DNA from: Alphaproteobacteria bacterium
Lineage (GTDB): Bacteria; Pseudomonadota; Alphaproteobacteria; CALKHQ01
Direction: 5' to 3'
Length of the DNA: 64,000 bases
NCBI GenBank assembly: GCA_965227515.1
Contig: CBDDFZ010000001.1
Location: 1,600,001-1,664,000, forward strand
Of this stretch, positions 38,374 through 48,751 are shown piece after piece. The notes beneath the pieces were generated by a model. The model was not told the origin of the DNA. It made no database searches and saw nothing but the letters and a program-made list of their open reading frames with translations. Position 1 is the stretch's first letter; every line of letters starts with the position of its first letter. A program made the translations under genes and the position numbers.

Positions 38374-40040
38374 GCCCGGGCGCCGCACCCGTCTCCGTCT
38401 CCGTCGACCAGGGTCGCGGTATCTGGACCGTCGCCCTGCTCGCGATCCTGGTGCTGACGCTGGTCCGATGGGTGGTGCTCGCATTCTCGCCGATGGACCT
38501 CTACGGCGACGAAGCCCAGTATTGGACCTGGGCGCAGACCTTCGACTTCGGCTACTTCACCAAGCCGCCGCTGATCGCCTGGATCATCGCTGCGACGACC
38601 TGGGTGTTCGGCGACGGCCCGTTCGGTGTGCGCGCCGCCGCGCCGTTGTTCCATGGGGTGACGGCCGTTGTCGTCGGCCTGATCGGGCGACAGCTTTTCG
38701 ACCGGCGGATCGGCGCCTGGGCGGCACTGACCTATGCGCTGATCCCCGGTGTGTCGCTGTCGTCGTCGCTGATCTCCACCGATGTGCCGTTGCTGCTGTG
38801 CTGGGCGGTGGCGCTGTATGCGCTGATCCGGCTCGTCGCCACCCGCGGCTTCGGCTGGGCGGTTCTGTGCGGCGTCGCCATCGGCGTCGGCCTGATGGCG
38901 AAGTACGCCATGAGCTACTTCGTCATGTGCATGGCGCTCTATGCCGTGTTCACGCCCGGCCGGCGCTGGCTGCTGGCAAGCTGGCAGACCCTGGTGGCGG
39001 CGCTGTGCGCCATCGTCCTGTTCGCGCCCAATGTGATCTGGAACTTCGCCAATGGCTGGGCGACGGTGGGACACACCGCCGAGAACGCCAATTGGGGCAA
39101 TGCCGGCATTCATGTCGGCAAGGCGCTGGAGTTCGTCGGCGCGCAGTTCGGGGTGTTCGGGCCGATCCTGGCGGCGGTGCTGATCGTCATCGTCTGGGGC
39201 TGGGCACAGCGCCGCGATGGCGCGCCGATGGACCCGGGTGTGCGCATGATGCTGCTGTTCTCGGTGCCGGTGCTGGTGCTGATCACGGTGCAGGCCCTGG
39301 TCAGCCGCGCCCACGCCAACTGGGCGGCAACCGCCTATGTCGCGGCCAGCGTGGCGGTGGCCGCGATCCTGGTCCAGGCGGCCCAGGTCCGACGCCGCCG
39401 GCCCGATCACGGCGACCATCAGGGCCGCCGGGGCGGGGACCTCAAATATGTCGCCTCGCCGCGCCCGCTGGCCATGTTCGCCGCCCGGTTGCTGCCGATT
39501 TCGACCGGCTTGCATGTGCTGATCGCGGCCGGCCTCTATGCCGCGCTGGTCTGGCCGTCCTTTGCCGGCTGGCTGGGCGCGCGCGATCCCACCGCGCGCA
39601 TCCAGGGCTGGTCGATCCTGAGCGCCGCCGTGTTCGGCCGGGCGGAGTCCGACGGGCGCGCGTTGATCGTCACCGACGACCGCATGCTGCTGGCGACCCT
39701 GATCTATTACGGGCGCGACACCGGGTTGGCATTCGCCGCGCTGGAGGATGGCGATGGCGTCCCCGGCAATCACTACGAGATGACCATGCCGTTCCAGGCC
39801 GGCGATCCGCGCCCGGCGCTGTGGGTCAGTCTCTACCCCGCGACCAGCCCGTTGACGCCGTGGTACGGCGAGGTGGGTCAGGCGTCGCCGATCGCGATCC
39901 CGATTAACGACACGCTCACCCGCCGGGTCTATTTGCTGAGCCTGGGGCCGCCGCTGCCGCCAGCGGATCAGGATGATGCGGACAACGCGGATGAAGGGTC
40001 GCCCCAACAATCGCCTGAATCGGGCGCGACAAGCGATTGA
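38370..40040 (+). CDS. ArnT-like polyprenyl-phosphate glycosyltransferase
   Basis: DEAQYW.W, GYFTKPPL, GLMAKY; many TM segments. Confidence 0.88.
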   Translation: MSPGAAPVSVSVDQGRGIWTVALLAILVLTLVRWVVLAFSPMDLYGDEAQYWTWAQTFDFGYFTKPPLIAWIIAATTWVFGDGPFGVRAAAPLFHGVTAVVVGLIGRQLFDRRIGAWAALTYALIPGVSLSSSLISTDVPLLLCWAVALYALIRLVATRGFGWAVLCGVAIGVGLMAKYAMSYFVMCMALYAVFTPGRRWLLASWQTLVAALCAIVLFAPNVIWNFANGWATVGHTAENANWGNAGIHVGKALEFVGAQFGVFGPILAAVLIVIVWGWAQRRDGAPMDPGVRMMLLFSVPVLVLITVQALVSRAHANWAATAYVAASVAVAAILVQAAQVRRRRPDHGDHQGRRGGDLKYVASPRPLAMFAARLLPISTGLHVLIAAGLYAALVWPSFAGWLGARDPTARIQGWSILSAAVFGRAESDGRALIVTDDRMLLATLIYYGRDTGLAFAALEDGDGVPGNHYEMTMPFQAGDPRPALWVSLYPATSPLTPWYGEVGQASPIAIPINDTLTRRVYLLSLGPPLPPADQDDADNADEGSPQQSPESGATSD

Positions 40041-40100
40041 GTCGTACGCGCGCCTGGCTCACAGTCCGCGCGCGCGGGATTGCGCTTGGGAGGGATCTTC

Positions 40101-40649
40101 ATGAAATCGCTGTTTGGAACCGTTGTCCTGGTGCTTGCCTGCGCCACCGCTGCGCACGCGCAGGACGACGACATCTATGACGATCTCGACGTGTTCGCGG
40201 TCGCCTTCCTGAACGACCTGCAGCCGATCTCGATCTCCCAGGGGGTCGAGTACTGCGGCTATTTCGGGCTGGACGCCAACGGCAACATCGCCGCGACCCA
40301 GCCGCACCGCGGGTTGCCCGATAGCTGTTTCCCGGCGTGGCCGAACCATCTGGAGTTGCTGGCCTCTTACCACACCCATGGGTCCTACACGATGGATGCC
40401 GACATCGAGGTGCCGTCGGTCGAAGATCTTTGGGGTGACATGGAAGAGGAGGTCGACGGTTATGTCGCAACCCCGGGCGGGCGCGTCTGGCTGAACCTGT
40501 TCGACGAGCGGATCACCTTCCAGCTTTGCGGGCGCAACTGCATTGCCGCCGATCCCAATTTCCGGCCCTGCCAGGCGTTCCTGCCGTTAGAGGAATACAC
40601 TCTGCAGGGTTTGCAGGCACGGGCCGCCAACGACCCCGGTTATTGCTAG
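40101..40649 (+). CDS. Secreted DUF4329-like protein
   Basis: Signal peptide; EYCGY, ASYHTHG, PS.ED, GYVATPGGR. Confidence 0.75.
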   Translation: MKSLFGTVVLVLACATAAHAQDDDIYDDLDVFAVAFLNDLQPISISQGVEYCGYFGLDANGNIAATQPHRGLPDSCFPAWPNHLELLASYHTHGSYTMDADIEVPSVEDLWGDMEEEVDGYVATPGGRVWLNLFDERITFQLCGRNCIAADPNFRPCQAFLPLEEYTLQGLQARAANDPGYC

Positions 40650-40654
40650 TTGGA

Positions 40655-42928
40655 CTACTGCTGTGCGTATGCGGACCCGTCGATCTCGCCCTGTGAGGCC
40701 ATCGCGACGGCGCTGAGCACGTCCTCGTCCGACAGCAGCTCGGGCAGGGCGACACCGTCCGGCGCGCCGGGGCCGTAAACGGCATTGAACGGGATGCCGT
40801 AGCGCCCGAAGCTCGCCAGATAGTCGGCAATGGCCGGGTCGGGGTTGGTCCAGTCCGCGCGCATCGCCACGATGTCGCGGCTGCCGATCAGGGCGGCGAC
40901 AGGCCCGCGATCCATCACCGTCTTCTTGTTGTAGAGGCAGGTCAGGCACCAGTCGGCGGTGACGTCGACGAACACGGTATGCCCGTCGGCGACCAGGGCC
41001 GCGATCTGCGCCTGGTCGAACGTCGCCCATGCCGGATCGCCGGCCGGGCGGTCGGCCTGGGAGGACTGAGGCGCCAGCACCGGCACCAGCAGGGTGGCAA
41101 GCGCCAGCACCAGGGCGGCCGCGGTGGCGTTGCGGGCGAGCCGGGCGGCAGGGACATAGCGTCGCGCCAGATAGACGACAGCGATCAGCAGCACCAGGGC
41201 TGCGATGCCGAGCGTGGTTTCCCAGCCGACCTGGCCGGCCAGCACCGTCAGCAACCAGATCGCGGTCGCGACCAGGGCGAGACCCATGATCCGGCGCACC
41301 CACACCATCCAGGCGCCGGGCTTGGGCAGCTTGGTCGCCAGCGCCGGGAACAGTGCGATCAGGATGTAGGGCAGCGCGAGCCCGACCCCCATGGCGGCGA
41401 AGATCAAAAAGATCTCCATCGCGCCGCGCGCCAGCGCGAAACCGAGCGCGGTGCCGACGAACGGCGCGCTGCACGGGGTCGCCAGCAAGGTGGCGAACGC
41501 GCCGGTCAGGAAGTGGCTGCTCAGCTTCGGGCGCTTGTTCGGGTCGGGCGGCCCGTCGTTGCCCGCGCTCGCCGCGAGGTTGGCGACCCGGCCGGGCAGG
41601 TTGAATTCGAACAGCCCCAGCATGTTGTAGGCGAACACCGCCACGATCAGCAGCATGGCGACCAGGAACAGCGGCTGCTGGAACTGGATGCCCCAGCCGA
41701 CCGCGACCCCGGCCGACTTCAGCGCCACCGCGCCGGCGGCCAGCACCAGGAACGAGAACACGATGCCGGCGGCCGAGGCCGAGAAGCCGAGCCGGACGTG
41801 GCCGCGCGCGCCGCCGCCGTACTTGATCACCGACAGCACTTTCAGCGAGAGGACCGGCAGCACGCAGGGCATCAGGTTCAGGATCAGGCCGCCCAACAGG
41901 GCAACCGCCATCATGGTCAGCAGCACGTCGAACCCTACCGGGGCCGCCTGTCCGGCCACTCCGGTCTCTGCGGCCGTGCGGTCGGGACCGGTGGAGCCGC
42001 CGGCCGGATCGCCTTCCGCGACCTCGCCGGGCACGTAGCGCGCCGGCACCAGCATCTGCTCCATCGCGCGGCCGTCGTCGACCACGGTCAGCGTCAGCTC
42101 GCTGTCCCGCAGCGCGTCGATGCTGGCGCCCCAGGACGAGATATCGGCGGTCATCACCGCCGACAGGCCGTCAGCGGCCACGTCCGCCTGCGGCTGGTCG
42201 AACACGAACTCCGGCGGCGCCTCGAAGAACAGGTCGGGCGCGGTGATCGGCGCATCGGAGCGGAAGGCGACGGAGATCGCACCGGCCTCGCCATCGCCGG
42301 TGATGATCACGTCCTCGAGGTAAAGGCCGACAGCGTCCGGCCCGCCGGGCACCGTGGCGCGGAACTGGTCGATCTGGTGGGCAAAGGGCGTGCCGCTGCC
42401 GCCGCCGGCGGGCAGTGTCAGGCTGATCTCCGCGCTGTCGGGAATGCAGATCTCGGCACAGATCAGGAAGTTGACCGAGGTTTGGACCACCACCGGCAGC
42501 GTCGGGTCGGCCGCCGTCACCTGCAACGGGAAGATGACGTGGTCGGAATAGGCGAGCGTGGTGAAGCCGAGCAGCTCATAGCGGGTCGGCAGCGGCCATT
42601 GCATCTCGATCGCGGCGACGTTCTGGGATTGGCTCCAGTCGACCACCGGCGGCAGGCCGGCATCGCCGGGCGAGCGCCAGTAGATGTGCCATTCCGGCTC
42701 CAGCGCGAATTCCAGGCCGAGCGTGGCGCCGCCGCCCTCGCCCAGCGCGTCGGTGGCGGAGAGCAGGCGCAACTCGGCATGCTGGGTCCACGCGGACTCA
42801 GACGACAGCGCCGCTGCCGGCACCGCGCCCGATACCAGCGCAATCAGCCCCATCAGCAACGCGGCGATGGCCGCGCCAAACGATCCTCGATCCCGCATCG
42901 CCTGCATCAATCGTAGTTGATCCGCCAC
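40655..42928 (-). CDS. DsbD/ScsB-family protein-disulfide reductase
   Basis: WHIYWRSPGDAG, CAEICIP, NLMPCVLP, TPCSAP, WCLTC thioredoxin motif. Confidence 0.92.
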   Translation of the reverse strand: MADQLRLMQAMRDRGSFGAAIAALLMGLIALVSGAVPAAALSSESAWTQHAELRLLSATDALGEGGGATLGLEFALEPEWHIYWRSPGDAGLPPVVDWSQSQNVAAIEMQWPLPTRYELLGFTTLAYSDHVIFPLQVTAADPTLPVVVQTSVNFLICAEICIPDSAEISLTLPAGGGSGTPFAHQIDQFRATVPGGPDAVGLYLEDVIITGDGEAGAISVAFRSDAPITAPDLFFEAPPEFVFDQPQADVAADGLSAVMTADISSWGASIDALRDSELTLTVVDDGRAMEQMLVPARYVPGEVAEGDPAGGSTGPDRTAAETGVAGQAAPVGFDVLLTMMAVALLGGLILNLMPCVLPVLSLKVLSVIKYGGGARGHVRLGFSASAAGIVFSFLVLAAGAVALKSAGVAVGWGIQFQQPLFLVAMLLIVAVFAYNMLGLFEFNLPGRVANLAASAGNDGPPDPNKRPKLSSHFLTGAFATLLATPCSAPFVGTALGFALARGAMEIFLIFAAMGVGLALPYILIALFPALATKLPKPGAWMVWVRRIMGLALVATAIWLLTVLAGQVGWETTLGIAALVLLIAVVYLARRYVPAARLARNATAAALVLALATLLVPVLAPQSSQADRPAGDPAWATFDQAQIAALVADGHTVFVDVTADWCLTCLYNKKTVMDRGPVAALIGSRDIVAMRADWTNPDPAIADYLASFGRYGIPFNAVYGPGAPDGVALPELLSDEDVLSAVAMASQGEIDGSAYAQQ

Positions 42929-43075
42929 AAATCCGCCCTAAGGTTTGGCTGAATATAGTGACCATTCCGTGGCTGCACCGTCACTTTGTCGTGCGGCCGA
43001 GATGATCGCGCGCGATCGCGCCGCCGGCAGCAGGTGCCCTTGCGTTACGCGCGCGCCACAGCATAATTGAGGACC

Positions 43076-43666
43076 ATGAAGATCGTCGGTAGCGAAATCG
43101 ACCTCAGTGCGAACGACAGCCTCGCCGGCCAGTTGCTGGTCGCGATGCCGCAGATGACCGATCCGCGTTTCGACAAGACCGTCATCTACATGTGCGCGCA
43201 CGACGAGGAAGGCGCCATGGGGCTGGTGCTGAACAAGCTCGTCGACAGCCTGACCTTCTCCGACATGCTGTCCCAGTTGAAGATCGAGAACGGGCCGTGC
43301 GCCTGCGACGTCGACGTGCACTTCGGCGGCCCGGTCGAATCCGGGCGCGGTTTCGTGCTGCACACCGACGACTACCAGCGCGACGGCACCATGTTCGTGA
43401 TCAACGGCATCGCGCTGACCGCGACCATCGACGTCTTGAAGTCGATCAGCCAGGGCGACGGGCCGCGCCGCTCCATGCTGGCGCTGGGCTATGCCGGCTG
43501 GGGGCCTGGGCAGCTCGAGAGCGAGATCCAGTCCAACGGATGGCTGCACGTGGCGCCCGACGAGTCGCTGATCTTCGACCGCAGCCACGATGCGAAGTGG
43601 AACCAGGCGATCGCCAAGCTCGGCATCGACCCCGGCCTGTTCGCGGGCCACGCCGGCCGCGCCTGA
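43076..43666 (+). CDS. YqgE/AlgH (UPF0301) protein
   Basis: LLVAMP, GGPV..RGFVLH, LGYAGWGPGQLE. Confidence 0.93.
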   Translation: MKIVGSEIDLSANDSLAGQLLVAMPQMTDPRFDKTVIYMCAHDEEGAMGLVLNKLVDSLTFSDMLSQLKIENGPCACDVDVHFGGPVESGRGFVLHTDDYQRDGTMFVINGIALTATIDVLKSISQGDGPRRSMLALGYAGWGPGQLESEIQSNGWLHVAPDESLIFDRSHDAKWNQAIAKLGIDPGLFAGHAGRA

Positions 43667-43696
43667 GCCTCGACGGCGGCCTTTTCCAAACCGGAC

Positions 43697-44386
43697 ATGC
43701 AGCACATCGGGATCGTCGGTTGCTCCGCCGAGGGCGCGGCGCTGTGCTTTCGCACGATTTGCGCCGAAAGCGCGCCGTTGCTGGGGCCGCACGCCCATCC
43801 GGAAGTCTCGATGCATACGCCGCCGTTGATTGACTATGTCGCATGCCTGGAGCGCGGCGACTGGCCGGGCGTCGCCGACCTGATGGCCGCTTCCGCCGAC
43901 AAGCTGGCCGCGATCGGGGCAGATTTCCTGATCTGCCCGGACAACACCATTCATGCAGCGATGCCGCTGGTTGCGCCGCGCACGTCGTTGCCGTGGCTGC
44001 ACATTGCGGAAGTCGTCGTCGATGCCGCACTGGCGCAAGGCTTTCGGCGGCTCGGCCTGCTCGGCACGCGCTGGCTGGTCGACAGCGAGGTCTACCCGGA
44101 CAAGGCCGAGTCGAAGGGGCTGCTGATCGTGCGGCCGACGCCGGGCGAAAGGGATGCGATCAATCGCATCATCATGGATGAACTGACCTATGCCGATATC
44201 AGGCCGGCGTCGCGCGCCGTCTTTCAGCAGGTGATCGAACGGCTGAAGGCGGACGAGGGGTGCGATGCCGTGGTGCTGGGCTGCACCGAGATCCCGCTGA
44301 TCATAAACGACGGCAATTCGGCCCTGCCGACGCTGGATTCCACGCGCCTGCTGGCCCGCGCTGCCATCCAGCGTGCCATCGGCTAG
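43697..44386 (+). CDS. Aspartate/amino-acid racemase
   Basis: CPDNTIH, GLLGT, VLGCTEIP. Confidence 0.9.
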   Translation: MQHIGIVGCSAEGAALCFRTICAESAPLLGPHAHPEVSMHTPPLIDYVACLERGDWPGVADLMAASADKLAAIGADFLICPDNTIHAAMPLVAPRTSLPWLHIAEVVVDAALAQGFRRLGLLGTRWLVDSEVYPDKAESKGLLIVRPTPGERDAINRIIMDELTYADIRPASRAVFQQVIERLKADEGCDAVVLGCTEIPLIINDGNSALPTLDSTRLLARAAIQRAIG

Positions 44387-45558
44387 AGGGAGGCGACGGC
44401 CTCCACCAGTTGGGCCACCTCGTCCTCGGTGTTGTAGTAGTGGACGGAGGCTCGAACCATGCGGTCGAGGCCGCGCGCGCTCATGTCGAGGTAGGTTGAG
44501 CCCAGGTCGGTGACCGAGGTGTTGATGTGCCTGGCCCGCAACCCCTTGGACACGTCGTCGGCGACCATGCCCTCGACGGTGAAGGTGACCAGGGCGCACT
44601 TCTCGGCGCCGCGGTCGTGCACCGCCACCCCCGGCAGGTCGGCCAGTTGCGAGCGCATTGAGGCCGCCAGCGCCTGCACCCGCGCCTTGATCGCCTCCAG
44701 CCCCCAGTCCATCGCGTAGCGCGCGGCGGTGCCGAGCGCGATCTGGCCGGCGACATTGCGCTCCCAGTTCTCGAACCGCTGCGCGGTGTCGGCCAGGCGG
44801 TAGCTGTCCGGCCCGGTCCAGTCGGCCGACTTCAGGTCGATCATCGGCGGATGCACCTGGCCGATCAGGTCGCGCCGCATCCACAGGAAGCCGGTGCCGC
44901 GCGGCCCGCGCAGGAACTTGCGCCCGGTCGCGGTCAGCGCGTCGCAGCCGATGGCCGCCACGTCGATGGGCATCTGGCCGACCGACTGGCAGGCATCCAG
45001 CAGGTAGGTTACGCCGTGGGCGCGCGCCACCCGGCCGATCTCGGCGGCCGGATTGACCAGCCCGCCATTGGTCGGCACGTGGGTGATGGCGATCAGCTTC
45101 ACCCGGTCGTCGATCATGTCGGCCAGCGCCTGCGGGTCGGTCTGGCCGTGCCCGTCGTCGGGCGCCACCATCACCTCGATGCCGGTGCTGCGCGCCCGCT
45201 GCAGGAACGCCAGGTAGTTGGAGGCATATTCCGCCTGACCGGTGACGATGCGGTCGCCGGGTTTCAGGTCCAGGCCGTAGAACGCCATGTCCCACGCCCG
45301 GGTCGCATTCTCGATGAAGGCGATCTCGTCGGGCTGGCCGCCGACCAGCGCGGCGATGGCGGCATAGAAGTCGGCAATCTCGTCGGCCGCATCGGCGGTC
45401 GCCTCGTAGGCGCCGATCGTCATCTCCTGCCTCAGGTGCCGGTCCATCGCGTCGAACACCGGTTGCGGCATCAGGCCGGCGCCGGCGTTGTTCAGGTGGT
45501 TGACCTCTGCGCATCCGGGCGTCTCCGCGCGTGCCCGGCCAATGTCGATTTCGGTCAT
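44383..45558 (-). CDS. Class V PLP aminotransferase (cysteine desulfurase/EgtE-like)
   Basis: HLNNAGAG, LDACQSVG, TGRKFLRGP.G, RASVHYYN. Confidence 0.9.
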   Translation of the reverse strand: MTEIDIGRARAETPGCAEVNHLNNAGAGLMPQPVFDAMDRHLRQEMTIGAYEATADAADEIADFYAAIAALVGGQPDEIAFIENATRAWDMAFYGLDLKPGDRIVTGQAEYASNYLAFLQRARSTGIEVMVAPDDGHGQTDPQALADMIDDRVKLIAITHVPTNGGLVNPAAEIGRVARAHGVTYLLDACQSVGQMPIDVAAIGCDALTATGRKFLRGPRGTGFLWMRRDLIGQVHPPMIDLKSADWTGPDSYRLADTAQRFENWERNVAGQIALGTAARYAMDWGLEAIKARVQALAASMRSQLADLPGVAVHDRGAEKCALVTFTVEGMVADDVSKGLRARHINTSVTDLGSTYLDMSARGLDRMVRASVHYYNTEDEVAQLVEAVASL

Positions 45559-45663
45559 GAATTTCGCCCCAATTGCGGTGTCTGGAGAGCGCTGATCTGT
45601 GGTGCGCCGGTGCGCGCGGGCGTAGAATGGCCGACGCGCGAGCGCGGTATCATGGGGTGTGTG

Positions 45664-46197
45664 ATGCCAAAGGCAACACTTCGGTTCATTGCAACGGCGA
45701 TCCTGTCCTTGGGTTTGGCCGTGGGGATGGCGTGCGCGGCGCCGCTGGCGGCGTTGGCGCTGGTCGGCGGCACGCCGAAGAACGATGCGGTGCCGGCGCA
45801 GGCCCTGAGTGCCCCGGACCTGGTCGCGGCACTGCCGCGGTTCTGGCACGGCACCTTCCTGTGGCAGAACGGTGCCGCGTACTTCGTCGAAATGGAGCTG
45901 GTGAAGGTGAACGTGCGCGCCGACGGGCAGCTCTCCTTCAATGCAGAGACGGTCTGGCATCCCGAGGGCACCCAGGCACGCATGAGCGGCAGCATCGACC
46001 CGCGCACGCTGGAGGTGCGGATATGGGAGATCCCGGCCGACGACAGCGCCGACGACTTCGTCAGCGACGGGCAGTATCTCGGCCGGTTTTCCGGCGACCT
46101 GTGGGACCTGCAGGCACGCTGGACCACCAGCGGCAGCGGCGAGACGGGAAGCCTGGTGCTGGTCGCCGACCCGCGCCCCTATCAGCAAATGAACTGA
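45664..46197 (+). CDS. Secreted hypothetical protein
   Basis: Hydrophobic N-terminus, coding-like GC3, beta-rich mature part. Confidence 0.65.
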   Translation: MPKATLRFIATAILSLGLAVGMACAAPLAALALVGGTPKNDAVPAQALSAPDLVAALPRFWHGTFLWQNGAAYFVEMELVKVNVRADGQLSFNAETVWHPEGTQARMSGSIDPRTLEVRIWEIPADDSADDFVSDGQYLGRFSGDLWDLQARWTTSGSGETGSLVLVADPRPYQQMN

Positions 46198-46424
46198 TAG
46201 GATTCTAACACTGGACAATTCGCCCGGGGGCCAATGTTTCCAACGCACTAGACTTGCCGCGCCCGGACCTTTAGCGTTCGGTTGGGAACAGACGGCGGGC
46301 CCAGGCAGGGCGGCCGTTATGGAATACTCAGTCGCCACATTTGGCCAGCGCGAATACTGTGCAGACGTCGTGCCCGCATGGAATTGCGAGGCACGTTCGC
46401 GCCAGCGCCGGTGGCGGTCGGGTG

Positions 46425-47039
46425 ATGGTCGTGCGACTGGGGGACGGCGCGATTGTGTGTGGCATGGGGTTGAGTTGCCGGGCGGCGTTGTCGCTGTTGG
46501 CCAGTTGTGTCGTCGCCTGGGTGTCGGCGGTCGGGCTGGCCGTCGCCGACTGGCGCTATGACGCCTACGACACCGATGGCCTGCGCTGGCACGTGCTGAC
46601 GCTGACCGACAGCGGCTACCAGCTTGCGTTCTTCTGCCACGGGCCCGGCGACACCATCAAACTGGAGCTGCAATCGCCGGAGCCGATCTACCTGCCGACG
46701 GCGGTTGAGGGCGGCGGGCCGGGCAGCGAGGGCCAGGCGCGGCGGCTGGCCGGGCAGGCGGTGATCGCCGGTCCGGCCGAGGTGGCGTTCAAGGTCGATG
46801 GCCTGTCCCGCTACGATGTCTCGTTCTACTTCGTCGAATTCTATCGCTTGCTGGCACGCGACGACCGTGCCCACAGCCTGGCGGACTTCATGGACCACGT
46901 CGCGTCCGCCCAGACCATGACGCTTGCCGTGTCCAACGGCGATGCGAACGGCGTGGGCGGTGCGGCCGATGTGGCGACGTTTTCACTGGCGCCGGCAGCC
47001 AGCGCGTTCGCCCGGTTGAACAGCGTCTGCGGGAACTGA
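46425..47039 (+). CDS. Secreted hypothetical protein (start uncertain)
   Basis: Signal-like segment before ADWRY; C-terminal Cys. Confidence 0.55.
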   Translation: MVVRLGDGAIVCGMGLSCRAALSLLASCVVAWVSAVGLAVADWRYDAYDTDGLRWHVLTLTDSGYQLAFFCHGPGDTIKLELQSPEPIYLPTAVEGGGPGSEGQARRLAGQAVIAGPAEVAFKVDGLSRYDVSFYFVEFYRLLARDDRAHSLADFMDHVASAQTMTLAVSNGDANGVGGAADVATFSLAPAASAFARLNSVCGN

Positions 47040-47054
47040 CCGGCTGGATCAGGA

Positions 47055-48665
47055 TTAGCCCTCGGCCGCCACGAACTGGCGCGCCTGGTTGACCGAGCGC
47101 AGCACGTGCTTGCGCTTCAGCGGGCTGTTGTAGAAGCGGTTGACCGCAGCCAGAACCTCCGCCGCCCACGGTGCGTCGGGCGTGGCGGCCAGCTCGTCGC
47201 GCACGGCCCATAGCAGCTTCATGTGGTGGGCGGCGGCCAGATAGTCGAACTGGCCGTGGTCCAGCATCCTTTCGGCGTGCCGGGCGATGAAGGCGCCGGC
47301 GTCGCCGACCCGCCATGCGGAGGCGTCGTAGTTGGCGTCGACGAAGGGCGCGTTGCGGCCGACGAAACAGGCGATCTGCAACAGCCCCGGCGCCCACAGC
47401 GCGGCATCCTCGCTGGCCAGGTGGCGCACTGCGTTGGCGAAGGTCAGCGCGTGGGTGAAATCGAGCCAGGTGACGTTGCGCGACACCGGCTGGTCGACCG
47501 CACTCTGCCGGTCGAGGTCGAAATGCACCATCTGCCACGCGGCCGCGTGCACCAGTACGTCGAACAGGGCGGCGGGGTCGCCCGACCCGGCAGCCGTCAT
47601 GTCCAGCGCCTGTTTGATGCCCGCACCGACAAGGTCGGTCATCGCCGGCACATCCGTGCCGGTCCCGTCCCAGTTGGCCAGCGCCGTCGCATAGTGCCGG
47701 AACTCAGGGATCAGGTCCTCGCGCGACGCGTTGATCAGCATGCGCACCAGCGCCAGCGTCAGTGGCTCGGCGCTGTCCGGCCCCAGGTGGTCGACGGCCT
47801 GCCCGACCTTCAGCACGTAGATCGCGGCATGGCCGAAGTCGCAATAGTGCGCCAGGGCCGCCCGCGCCAGCGCCGGCCGGATGTCGGCATAGGTCAGGCC
47901 GGCGGCAAGGGCACTGCGCACTTGGGCGACGGCGGCGGCTTCGTCCTCGTTCTCGATGGCGGCGACCAGCAGGTCGGGCGCGAAGTCGGCACGGTCGGTG
48001 GGGTAGGGATAGGCGGGCTGGCGCAGCGTGTCCCACGACAGATAGCCGATGGCTTCCAGCGCCGGGGCCATGCGCAGCGGATCGTCCGCGCTCATGCCGG
48101 CGCGCATGTCGAGCCAGTCGGCCGCCACCGCCACGGCATGGGTGGCGCCGTATTCGAACCGGTCGTGGCTCCAGTCGACGGCCGCGCGCACTGCGTCCAG
48201 CGCGGTGTCGGCCTCGGGACCGCCGGCCGCTTCCAGGCGCGCCATCTCGCGGGCCATGCGCGTGTAGTCGTTGCGGTCGAACGCCTGGCGCAGGCTCGCC
48301 ATGGCGGCGGCGCGCCGTTCGCTGGCCGGCGGGTCGACAATTTCGATCCTGATCTCGCCGTCGATTATTTGGACCGGATAGGTGCGAACCCGCTCGCCGT
48401 CCAACAGGTTGGCGCCTGTCGCGAGGTCGAACTTCCAATTGTGCCAGTTGCAGGTCAGCGCGCAGGCGGGCGTGTCGCTGTCGTTGGCGGCGTACGTCCC
48501 GACCGAGCCTTCGATCAGCGGATAGCCCTCGTGCGGGCAGCGGTTATTGCAGGCGTAGACGGTGCCGTCGTGCAGGAACAGCGCAATCTGGCGCCCGTCC
48601 GCCTTCACCAGCTTGCGGCCCTTGGCTTCCAGGTCGTTCAGTGCGCCCGCGTTGATCACGCTCAT
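47055..48665 (-). CDS. Rieske [2Fe-2S] protein with large helical C-terminal domain
   Basis: CPH...CNWH Rieske motif. Confidence 0.85.
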   Translation of the reverse strand: MSVINAGALNDLEAKGRKLVKADGRQIALFLHDGTVYACNNRCPHEGYPLIEGSVGTYAANDSDTPACALTCNWHNWKFDLATGANLLDGERVRTYPVQIIDGEIRIEIVDPPASERRAAAMASLRQAFDRNDYTRMAREMARLEAAGGPEADTALDAVRAAVDWSHDRFEYGATHAVAVAADWLDMRAGMSADDPLRMAPALEAIGYLSWDTLRQPAYPYPTDRADFAPDLLVAAIENEDEAAAVAQVRSALAAGLTYADIRPALARAALAHYCDFGHAAIYVLKVGQAVDHLGPDSAEPLTLALVRMLINASREDLIPEFRHYATALANWDGTGTDVPAMTDLVGAGIKQALDMTAAGSGDPAALFDVLVHAAAWQMVHFDLDRQSAVDQPVSRNVTWLDFTHALTFANAVRHLASEDAALWAPGLLQIACFVGRNAPFVDANYDASAWRVGDAGAFIARHAERMLDHGQFDYLAAAHHMKLLWAVRDELAATPDAPWAAEVLAAVNRFYNSPLKRKHVLRSVNQARQFVAAEG

Positions 48666-48673
48666 CGTCGCCT

Positions 48674-48747
48674 CACTTAGGAAAGAATTATCTTTCATAA
48701 CTATGCGCCGACGGCTTGATATAGGCAAGATAAATCTTTACTAAGTG
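48674..48747. promoter_or_regulatory. Paired inverted operator boxes between divergent genes
   Basis: CACTTAGGAAAGAATTATCTT (48674-48694) matches the reverse complement of 48727-48747 at 19/21. Confidence 0.75.
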
Positions 48748-48751
48748 CGTC

